NCBI GenBank assembly: GCA_038247415.1
Contig: JBBRUX010000035.1
Span: 1 to 41,244 of the forward strand
Origin: Chitinivibrionales bacterium
GTDB taxonomy: Bacteria > Fibrobacterota > Chitinivibrionia > Chitinivibrionales > WJKA01
Direction: 5' to 3'
Length of the DNA: 41,244 nt
Each line of letters starts with the position of its first letter. Position 1 is the first letter of the stretch. A program made the position numbers and the translations under genes. This document shows positions 1 through 7,781 of this stretch, one piece after another. The notes under the pieces are model-generated. The model had not been told where the DNA came from. It saw only the letters and a list, made by a program, of their open reading frames with translations, and did no database searches.

Positions 1-28
1 ATTAGAAATGAAAATTTTAATCGTTGAG

Positions 29-254
29 TTACAACGGAACGGTATATGGGAGATCTGTTGCGCGATGCGATTGCGGTTTTGTCAGGTGCAACGGCAGGGG
101 AGACGGATCGGGGAGGTTTACGCGCAGGAGGTTGACGGGAAGAGCCAGCTAACCGAGGGCGACAGTGCACAATGAGAGCGGATGCAAAGAGGGCTTCTTC
201 ATGCGCCCGACCAGCCCTCGAGAAATCAAACTTCCTATCAGCAAACCGTTTTAA
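29..254. repeat. GC-rich element bounded by imperfect inverted repeats; attC-like/MITE-like
   Basis: Left arm TTACAACGG..ATATGGGAGATCTGTTGCGCGA (29-65) is partly complementary to right arm TCGAGAAATCAAACTTCCTATC..CCGTTTTAA (218-254). AAC...GTT ends; an alternative inner helix CGAGGGC/GCCCTCG is also possible. Confidence 0.3.
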
Positions 255-585
255 AACACTGGTCGTCTCTTGAATGATGTTAAATAAATAATTGGCCTCC
301 GTCCCTAATCTCATTAATCCTGTAATCTGCTAATCTGTGCACGATCAAAGCATTTAGAAAAGCATTCGGCATTTATAAAAACGGGAAAGGTTCGGTTCAG
401 TTTCCTATTGATAAACCACCACCACTTCCGCAATTGTCTTTGGGAAATGTGAGTTTCTTAAAAATCAACCCATGTTTACTAATTAGTTTTCGTAGTAACA
501 GGTATTGAATTCCGGTTAGAACCGAAGCTCTTAACAGGCGCTATCGTCAATCCAATGACCCCTTTTGCATACAAATTGCGCGAAC

Positions 586-1389
586 TTACTGAAGCAGTAC
601 AAACCGGATAGAATACGATATCCACACAGCAACAGGTTCTTTGCCCCGCAAGGCAGGACTAAAGACCCATTTACGAAAAGCCTCGATTGCTCGTTCTTTT
701 GTACCATAGCCAAGATCATTCAAAATGCGTACATCTTTAACTCTGCCATCACTATCGATTAAAAGCTCCGCTTTGACAACGCCGCTCACCGCAGCGTCGA
801 TCATTTCTTTGGTATATTCGGGTTTAACCGTAGTTATAATACTGGGGGCATTTGTTACGGTAGTAACTGCAACAAGAGTTCCCTTAAGTTCTTTGGCGGT
901 TGCAGTCGTTGTATCTACCGGTGCATTAAGGGTATTCCCATATTTGCCAATAATAGCATCGGATACTGCCCCACCAGCCCCAAAACCCGTAGAAAAAACC
1001 CTTCGAACACCATAGACTCGCCGTACTACAGGGGCATTTCCCTTTGGCTGTTCTGCCGTAGGGTCGTCTAATTTTTGTCCAAGAACAGGATTATGCGTAA
1101 GATCGATAGGAGCATCGGATATTTTTTCTGGAACTGCTTGAGGTACCGGTTCCTTTTTGACAATTGGCTTGGGGGGCGAAGGCTTTGGCATAAGTGCTGC
1201 CATATCGAATTTGGTGGTAATCTCTCGAAGCTTTGCAGAGGCAATTGGAATAAGAGACTTTTTGACAGTTTGGAAATACAGGCCAGCGCCAAGCGTTACA
1301 GCCAGAGAACACACTAAAATTATGCCAAACATCGGGTCTTCGCCTCTGCGATTTGATGGCATAGATGGTATTTTTGGTAATGTGTTCAT
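586..1389 (-). CDS. TonB-family energy transducer (N-terminal TM, Pro/Lys-rich linker, TonB_C domain)
   Basis: TM helix, PKPSPPKP linker, C-terminal KPEYT..AAVSGVVKAELLIDSDGRVKDVRIL..FSPALRGKEPV typical of TonB_C. Confidence 0.85.
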   Translation of the reverse strand: MNTLPKIPSMPSNRRGEDPMFGIILVCSLAVTLGAGLYFQTVKKSLIPIASAKLREITTKFDMAALMPKPSPPKPIVKKEPVPQAVPEKISDAPIDLTHNPVLGQKLDDPTAEQPKGNAPVVRRVYGVRRVFSTGFGAGGAVSDAIIGKYGNTLNAPVDTTTATAKELKGTLVAVTTVTNAPSIITTVKPEYTKEMIDAAVSGVVKAELLIDSDGRVKDVRILNDLGYGTKERAIEAFRKWVFSPALRGKEPVAVWISYSIRFVLLQ

Positions 1390-1393
1390 ACGA

Positions 1394-1873
1394 TTAATCC
1401 TCGATTACCAATACCGAATAATCGGTAAACCCGGCTTTACTGCAAGAAAAGAGCACTTTTTTAACAATTAAAAATTCAACAGACCGATCACACTGAATAA
1501 TTATTTTTAACGAACGCCCAGTATCGGTTTGAGCCGCTCGCATCTGCGCACAGTACTCGAGCACCCCTGGAATTTCCTGCGTTTTCTGTGTCGCAATATC
1601 CGATTGTGTAGCAAGCACGCGGCCTTCTGCAACAACTGCATTGGACGTTATTTCTAGTGAAGGCGCTACAGTAGGTTGTAAACGTGACTGGGAGATAGGC
1701 AGGGTAAGATCCGACGAGGGCGTTATGAGCGTGCCTTCGGCAGAAAAACTTTGGATAAGAAAAACAAGTAACAATGTTAAGATGTCTATGAGTGATGTCA
1801 TTTGCGGACGAAACGAATCGGAAAGATCTCCCGCTGCCGAAAGCCCCTTAATACCGCGCGTTAAATATGACAT
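1394..1873 (-). CDS. ExbD/TolR family protein, AglS-like
   Basis: PQMTSLIDILTLLLVFLIQSF TM with conserved Asp; C-terminal IIIQCDRSVEF..VKKVLFSC; strongly similar to 17971..18492. Confidence 0.85.
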   Translation of the reverse strand: MSYLTRGIKGLSAAGDLSDSFRPQMTSLIDILTLLLVFLIQSFSAEGTLITPSSDLTLPISQSRLQPTVAPSLEITSNAVVAEGRVLATQSDIATQKTQEIPGVLEYCAQMRAAQTDTGRSLKIIIQCDRSVEFLIVKKVLFSCSKAGFTDYSVLVIED

Positions 1874-1907
1874 GGGCAGAATCTTTCTACAAGAAATAAA
1901 GTGCCGC

Positions 1908-3572
1908 TCATATAGTTATTCCCCTACTGCAATAGCGAGAGATTTCGTTTCGAACACGATTGACAAGTCGCGGACTAACCGAAAACGAAGTTATTCCGAT
2001 ATCGCATAATTTTGCGGCAGCATCGGGGCGCCCAGCCATTTCGCCACATATCGAAAGAGGCTTTTTATGTTGTTTGGCACTGTTCGCTAAATCCTGCAAC
2101 ACCTTCCACAAAATGGGATGATCGGGATTGTAGTCTTGCGATACCAGATCGTTGTTGCGATCGACTGCAAATATATACTGTATAAGATCGTTGCTTCCAA
2201 TTGAGGCAAAATCGATTGACTTGAAAATAGCATCTGCATCCAGACATGCGCTGGGGACTTCAAACATTGCTCCAATTCGAACATTTTCCGATCGCACATT
2301 CTCGGTTGCCATAATTGCCCGTACAAATGCGAGTAATTCCTGCATCTGTTTACTATCTATAACCATGGGAAACAGAATGCGCACAATGTGCTCATTAGTT
2401 TGACGCAACAGAGCTCGTATCTGCGTTTCGAAAATATCTGGACTGCCTAAAAGAAACCGTGCGCCACGCCATCCAAGATAAGGATTTGTCTCCTTTTCGA
2501 TGCGTAAAAAAGGAAGTTCTTTATCGCCACCAACGTCAAGCATGCGAAAGGTGACTGGTTTATGCTTCATGATCGATAGAACATCCCGATACATTGCAGA
2601 CTGTTCTTCGAGCGTAAGACGCCGCTGGGCACGCATAAAAAGAATTTCGGTTCGAAATAATCCGATACCGTCTGCATGCGTAAAGGCAGCTTGATGAGCA
2701 TCTTCAACAAGACTTGCATTTGCCAAAACTTCCATGCCCGCAGGAGTTTCGAGGTAACAGATATTTTCTGATATTTGTGGTTCTTTAGGGATTGCAGCTG
2801 CAACAATTTCAGCATCCGGGTTTAAAAGCACCATACCGGCATCACCATCAACCAGTATGCGCGTACCACACTGCACCTGTGAATATACCCCGCGTACGCC
2901 ACTTACCGCGGGAATACCCATTGACCGTGCAATAATTGCAGCATGCGAAGTTATACCCCCACGTTCGGTGACAATTCCCAAAAGCGACTCAAGCTTCATG
3001 TGAACCATCATTTCGGCAGTGAGCTCTTCGGCAACAATAATTCGATCTTTTCCTCTCGAGCAATCATGCTGACCTTGACATATAAAGCCAGGCCGTGTAT
3101 TATATAATTTATCGAGTAATCTTCGGCGCATTTCTCCAATATCGGTGGAGCGCTCGCGAAAATATTCATTGTCAAGTTTCGCAAACTTCTCTTCGTAGCC
3201 ATCAAACACCCTATCGAGGATGTACTCGAGGTTTTTCTTTTCGGTGCGAACCCCAAGTGTTATTGCAGCAATAATTGCGGGGTCGTTAAGGATATGTTTT
3301 TGTGCGGTAAAAATGCTTCCTTCAGCCTCGCCAACATGCTCAGAAACTTCTAGTACTATGCGATCGAGGTCTTGAGAACATTCCTTAAGTGCCACATCGA
3401 GGCGTGCAATCTCTTCTGCAACCTCAGTGTCATTGACAAGATCGTGTGGCACCACAGCTTGGTGATGGTTTGAAGCGTACAAACACACGTGCCCAAACGA
3501 CTTGCCAGAATTTATAGCAAGACCCATGAATTTGTTAGGAAGAGAAACCTTGGGGTAGAGCGAGATTTCCAT
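1908..3572 (-). CDS. ptsI: Phosphoenolpyruvate-protein phosphotransferase (PTS enzyme I)
   Basis: GGITSHAAII (phospho-His), DGIGLFRTE, RMLDVGGDK, NPYLGWRG, SIGSNDLIQY, ICGEMAG motifs. Start moved to ATG 3572 (AAAGGT upstream). Confidence 0.93.
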   Translation of the reverse strand: MEISLYPKVSLPNKFMGLAINSGKSFGHVCLYASNHHQAVVPHDLVNDTEVAEEIARLDVALKECSQDLDRIVLEVSEHVGEAEGSIFTAQKHILNDPAIIAAITLGVRTEKKNLEYILDRVFDGYEEKFAKLDNEYFRERSTDIGEMRRRLLDKLYNTRPGFICQGQHDCSRGKDRIIVAEELTAEMMVHMKLESLLGIVTERGGITSHAAIIARSMGIPAVSGVRGVYSQVQCGTRILVDGDAGMVLLNPDAEIVAAAIPKEPQISENICYLETPAGMEVLANASLVEDAHQAAFTHADGIGLFRTEILFMRAQRRLTLEEQSAMYRDVLSIMKHKPVTFRMLDVGGDKELPFLRIEKETNPYLGWRGARFLLGSPDIFETQIRALLRQTNEHIVRILFPMVIDSKQMQELLAFVRAIMATENVRSENVRIGAMFEVPSACLDADAIFKSIDFASIGSNDLIQYIFAVDRNNDLVSQDYNPDHPILWKVLQDLANSAKQHKKPLSICGEMAGRPDAAAKLCDIGITSFSVSPRLVNRVRNEISRYCSRGITI

Positions 3573-4392
3573 GCGTACCTTTTCGAAGAGAGACCATGCC
3601 ATAGCGACACAACGAAAAATCGTATTTTACTGGATCGGCTTTATCAAAACATGCATACACCTGCGTCAATTCACATGCATGAGCCCACGTCGCACTCGTA
3701 TGCGTAAGAAGACCAATGCGTTCTGCCTGAGCGCACACGTGAGCATCCATGGGTGCAATGAGTATTGTGGGATCGAGATTGCTCCACACGCCCAGATCGA
3801 TGCCATCATCTGGCCGAACCATCCATCTAAAATACATATTGAGCCGTTTGCATGCGCTTTTTGCAAAGGGTGATGGAAAAAAAAACTCAAAAGATTTTTT
3901 TCGACTGCCATGAATTAAGGCTGCAATGTTCCGAAATGTTTCACAAAAGTGCGCCATAGCAGTGGCCATATTGTTATGAGAGTGCCAACACTGCGTGAAA
4001 AAGGCACCTATCGACCCATGAAGCCTCAGCACCTTTTTGATAGCTACACACAGGAGTGCGATGTCTTCATCGTCGTTAAAGCGGTGGTAAAAACCCATAA
4101 ATCGTTTTTTAAATGCAGCGTGCGTCTCATGTTGAATTACCGATCCAACCTGCCCATCGCATGCAGCAACGATCCGATCGACGATGGCGATAATGCTCTC
4201 GACCCGGCCATACGAAAGCACCGCAGCAATAAGCCCAACAATCTCTTGCTCATGTTGGGTGGTTTGTTTGCGCACGCAGATAAGTGGGTCGAGACCAAGA
4301 TACGCGACCGAATGAAAGGTGCGATATATTTCCTCGAGCGAAATTGGCGTAGCCTCGCGATCTTTAGGTGCAGATCGAGCGATATTTTTCAA
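3535..4392 (-). CDS. TIGR02757/DUF2400 family protein
   Basis: DP..., EIVGLIAAVLSYGRV, SACKRLNMYFRWMVR.DDGIDLGVW, PMDAHV, DPVKYDFSL motifs. Start uncertain; TTG 4392 chosen to limit overlap with zwf. Confidence 0.85.
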   Translation of the reverse strand: MKNIARSAPKDREATPISLEEIYRTFHSVAYLGLDPLICVRKQTTQHEQEIVGLIAAVLSYGRVESIIAIVDRIVAACDGQVGSVIQHETHAAFKKRFMGFYHRFNDDEDIALLCVAIKKVLRLHGSIGAFFTQCWHSHNNMATAMAHFCETFRNIAALIHGSRKKSFEFFFPSPFAKSACKRLNMYFRWMVRPDDGIDLGVWSNLDPTILIAPMDAHVCAQAERIGLLTHTSATWAHACELTQVYACFDKADPVKYDFSLCRYGMVSLRKGTHGNLALPQGFSS

Positions 4393-5680
4393 AATCGAGC
4401 CACCCAGTAAAGGAATTGAGACATGGGCATTCTCCCTTTTTGTATAGATACTGTGCTGGCTTGCCAAGTATTGGCCCATACAGATTCCATGAAGCCTGCG
4501 TTTGGACCGAGCTCACAAAAAGGGTTTTGTCTCCTTTAATCGCATCTAGCAAGAGCCGCTGGTACGCTTCAGGGATTTCTGAAGAAAAGGCATCGCGATA
4601 ACAAAATGCCATGGCGGTATCGGCCAGCGCCAATTCTCCACCGGGCACTTTCGTTGACATATCGAGAACAATGCCTTCCGACGGCTGAATTTTAAAAATA
4701 ATGCTATTGTGAGCCGATTTGGCTTCTACTGGAAAAAGCGGAAGAGCAACGGGCCTAAACGTAATACCAATTTCGGTGGCATGGGTTGGCAATGCTTTAC
4801 CACTCCGGATTAGAATACGTGTCGACTTCCATCGCGCAAGGCTTGATGCCAGTTCAATTTCGGCATACGTTTCTGTTGTAGAATCGGATGGCACCCCTGG
4901 TTCCTCTGTATAGCCCAGGTACTGTCCAGTGGCATACTTGACTATAGATAAAGATTCAAGGATCGCCATTTTTTCTTTTCGAATATGCACAGGGTCAAGC
5001 GATTGAGGCCGATTCATCATAATAAGACACACAAGCTGCGTCAGATGATTTTGAACCATATCCCGAATGATGCCGGCAGTATCGAAATAGGGTCCACGCC
5101 CAAGCACCCCAATGGTCTCGGTGGCACTTATTTGAATGGTATCGATAGAATCGGTATTCCACAAGGGCTCAAAAAGGGAATTTGCAAAACGAAATACAAG
5201 AATATTTTGTACTGCTTCTTTGGCCAAATAATGATCGATTCGATAAATTTCTTCCTCAGGAAAAAATCGCAACAAGCTATCGTTAAGAGCCTGTGATGAT
5301 TCGCTATCATAGCCAAACGGCTTCTCGATAATAAGCCTTCCACGGGTAGCAATGCCATCGGCTGCAAATTCTTCTGCGGTTGATGCATACGCATTAGGGG
5401 GAAGCGCACAAAAAAGTGCCACCTTGTGGGTTGAACCTTTTTTGCGCAGAAACGAATCGAGGCCTGCAATTCCCTGGTGATAGTACATCCGGGAACTTAA
5501 AATACCAGACTCTCCTGCAAGCAATCTGAAGGCATCATCGGATAGAGGGCGCCTACCCGTACCTACGATAATTATAGAATTGGGTAGCGCTCCACTTTTG
5601 CAAAGATGAGCGAGCGCAGGGAGCAATTTGCGTTTTGCAAGATCTCCCGTTGCTCCAGCAATGACGATTGCATCGGTCAT
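4364..5680 (-). CDS. zwf: Glucose-6-phosphate 1-dehydrogenase (compact 438-aa form)
   Basis: GATGDLAKRKL, IIEKPFG, YRIDHYLAKE, RDMVQNHL, EAYQRLLLD motifs. Confidence 0.93.
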   Translation of the reverse strand: MTDAIVIAGATGDLAKRKLLPALAHLCKSGALPNSIIIVGTGRRPLSDDAFRLLAGESGILSSRMYYHQGIAGLDSFLRKKGSTHKVALFCALPPNAYASTAEEFAADGIATRGRLIIEKPFGYDSESSQALNDSLLRFFPEEEIYRIDHYLAKEAVQNILVFRFANSLFEPLWNTDSIDTIQISATETIGVLGRGPYFDTAGIIRDMVQNHLTQLVCLIMMNRPQSLDPVHIRKEKMAILESLSIVKYATGQYLGYTEEPGVPSDSTTETYAEIELASSLARWKSTRILIRSGKALPTHATEIGITFRPVALPLFPVEAKSAHNSIIFKIQPSEGIVLDMSTKVPGGELALADTAMAFCYRDAFSSEIPEAYQRLLLDAIKGDKTLFVSSVQTQASWNLYGPILGKPAQYLYKKGECPCLNSFTGWLDFEKYRSICT

Positions 5681-5687
5681 GCGTTAC

Positions 5688-5852
5688 TTATTCGTCAATA
5701 AGCGTAAAATCGTCTTTACCAACACCACATTGTGGACACACCCAATCATCGGGAATATCTTCGAATGCTGTGCCCGGCTTGATTCCTGAATCGGGGTCAC
5801 CAAGTGCGGGATCGTAAATATATCCACATGCATTACATACATATTTCTTCAT
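5688..5852 (-). CDS. Rubredoxin (54 aa; absent from the ORF track)
   Basis: Manual translation [54 protein letters not shown]; two CxxCG knuckles; GGAGG RBS. Confidence 0.96.
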   Translation of the reverse strand: MKKYVCNACGYIYDPALGDPDSGIKPGTAFEDIPDDWVCPQCGVGKDDFTLIDE

Positions 5853-5876
5853 AGCTGCCTCCATACAAAAAAAGGT

Positions 5877-5891
5877 ACATGATTATTATGA
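5877..5891. promoter_or_regulatory. Putative PerR/Fur-type 7-1-7 box upstream of rubredoxin
   Basis: ACATGATTATTATGA, 10/14 match to TTATAATnATTATAA, about 25 bp before the start codon. Confidence 0.35.
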
Positions 5892-5959
5892 TAAATCTTT
5901 TTCAAGAAACCTCGCCATGAACGGCCGAACTTAAAATACGTTCTGAACCACCACATACA

Positions 5960-6334
5960 TCAACCAGTTGCATCAATAAAAAGTCCTTCAATGCTTGTAA
6001 TCTCATTAAGGATAGTAATAAAATCTGCATCGCTGATATCCCTTTGTTCGGCAGAGATGACCTTACCCGCAGTATCGAGGCGGGTTAGTTCCAAAACAAG
6101 CGCGCTTTCGTGCATAAAAAGCCGACATCGCAAAGGAAGATTTTTCTCGATAAGAATACGATTGCTCTCGACAACAGCATTCTGAATTGTTTCGAAGTGG
6201 TCTATCGCCCTGCGAGGAAGTGGCTTATGCTGCTTGTGTTTGCGGTCATCATCCCTCGGCTCGTGCCGATCCACAATAAGCCCAACGACGTGCTCTATGG
6301 GCTGCACTGAGGATAGTTCATCGTCTAAAGCCAT
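5960..6334 (-). CDS. Hypothetical protein, remotely FlaG-like
   Basis: Likely start MALDDE with GAAGG RBS; C-terminal pattern (IQNAVVESNRIL...DTAGKVI...GLFIDATG) recalls FlaG. Confidence 0.5.
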   Translation of the reverse strand: MALDDELSSVQPIEHVVGLIVDRHEPRDDDRKHKQHKPLPRRAIDHFETIQNAVVESNRILIEKNLPLRCRLFMHESALVLELTRLDTAGKVISAEQRDISDADFITILNEITSIEGLFIDATG

Positions 6335-6418
6335 GATTCTACCTTCATACCAGAAAAGAAACGCGATGCGCCACACATTGAAGCACCATCGCGTTTTATT
6401 TTGTAAACAGGAATATAC

Positions 6419-6799
6419 TTATTTTGAAGACCAGAGACCATGAAGGTTACAGTATTCTCGAACCTCGGTAATTTCACCATCGATTGTAAAAACTGCTTCT
6501 GCAACAGTGTCGCCCTCTTTAAAGTCGTGGCGATACACTTTTTCGCCGGCAACAACCTCTACAAAAAGAATGTAATGATTAGGAAGCATAGGATGCGCAA
6601 CCGAGCCTACGGTAACCTTGACAGTATTGCCCGTGCGTTCGATTTGAGGAACGTGCTTTTCGTGAGCGCCATCGGTGGTGTTAGGAATTAATTTTTTCAT
6701 GGGAACGCCACAACACACAATATCTGGTTCGCCCTGCCACAATGATTCCACAATGTTTCCGCATTTTTCGCATTTGTATATAACTTTTTTCTCGATCAT
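6419..6799 (-). CDS. dfx: Desulfoferrodoxin (superoxide reductase)
   Basis: CEKCGNIV...VCCG desulforedoxin domain; HEKHVP, HPM..NHYI, YCNLHGLW ligands; GAGGAG RBS. Confidence 0.95.
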   Translation of the reverse strand: MIEKKVIYKCEKCGNIVESLWQGEPDIVCCGVPMKKLIPNTTDGAHEKHVPQIERTGNTVKVTVGSVAHPMLPNHYILFVEVVAGEKVYRHDFKEGDTVAEAVFTIDGEITEVREYCNLHGLWSSK

Positions 6800-6851
6800 G
6801 AAAACTCCTCACGGTTAATGTTTTAAAGTAAATAAGATAATTTAAGCGACC

Positions 6852-7433
6852 TTACTTAAAATACTCTGCAATTCCGGCAGTTGTTGCTTTCATAGCCTTA
6901 TCACCAGGCTTCCAGTTTGCAGGACACACTTCTCCATGAGCTTCATTAAACTGAAGAGCATCAACCATACGAAGCGCTTCATCAACGCTGCGACCCAAGG
7001 GAAGATCATTGACAACCTGATGGCGAACAACAAAATTTTTATCAATGAGAAATAATCCACGATACGCAATGCCTTCATCATTGAGGACATCATAATCTTT
7101 ACTAATGCTCTTTAGAAGATCAGAGACAATAGGATAGTTCACGCCCTGAATACCACCCTTTGATTTAGGAGTATCAAGCCAGGCTAAATGGCTAAAATGG
7201 GAATCGATTGACACGCCAATAAGTTCAACACCCCTTTTATCAAAATCGGCCTTGCGATCGCTAAATGCATGCAGTTCTGTTGGGCATACGTAGGTGAAAT
7301 CGAGAGGATAGAAAAACAAAACGATATATTTTTTGCCTTTAAAATCGGATAATTTAAAATCGTCGATAATTTTTTGGCCAACAACAGCTTTCGCGCTAAA
7401 ATCGGGTGCAGTTTTTCCTACAAGAACGCTCAT
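6852..7433 (-). CDS. ahpC: 2-Cys peroxiredoxin (AhpC/TsaA)
   Basis: FFYPLDFTYVCPTE and GEVCPANW motifs. Start at ATG 7433 behind AAGGAG. Confidence 0.95.
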   Translation of the reverse strand: MSVLVGKTAPDFSAKAVVGQKIIDDFKLSDFKGKKYIVLFFYPLDFTYVCPTELHAFSDRKADFDKRGVELIGVSIDSHFSHLAWLDTPKSKGGIQGVNYPIVSDLLKSISKDYDVLNDEGIAYRGLFLIDKNFVVRHQVVNDLPLGRSVDEALRMVDALQFNEAHGEVCPANWKPGDKAMKATTAGIAEYFK

Positions 7434-7443
7434 TGCAAACTCC

Positions 7444-7458
7444 TTGAAATAATTGTAA
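7444..7458. promoter_or_regulatory. Putative PerR box abutting the peroxiredoxin RBS
   Basis: TTGAAATAATTGTAA, 11/14 match to TTATAATnATTATAA. Confidence 0.4.
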
Positions 7459-7781
7459 TAAAAAAAGACGCTCGCTATTTGATTTTCAGCATTATCATGG
7501 AGCAAAAGACTTGCCAATCCAAAATAAACACATAGCACTACGATTCACAACCAAATAAAATTGATTGGCTTCAATAAACGATCAAAATTCCTGCACTAAA
7601 AACGCTCCCGCGTCCTGTTTAACCATAAACACTTTCCAATTATGTTTACTAAACTGTGTAACTTTGAGAATTTATTCTCATTTATTTAAATTTTTTCCGA
7701 ATGCCTCTCAATTCTCTTAAGCCGCCTTTAAATCCGCGTTGTATTTTGAACATAGTATTTTGATCTTTATAAGGAGTATAT

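Noticed and set aside
8..175. 55-aa ORF MKILIVELQRNG...
   Set aside because: No recognisable motif or visible RBS; runs through the GC-rich repeat-like element, so it is probably incidental.
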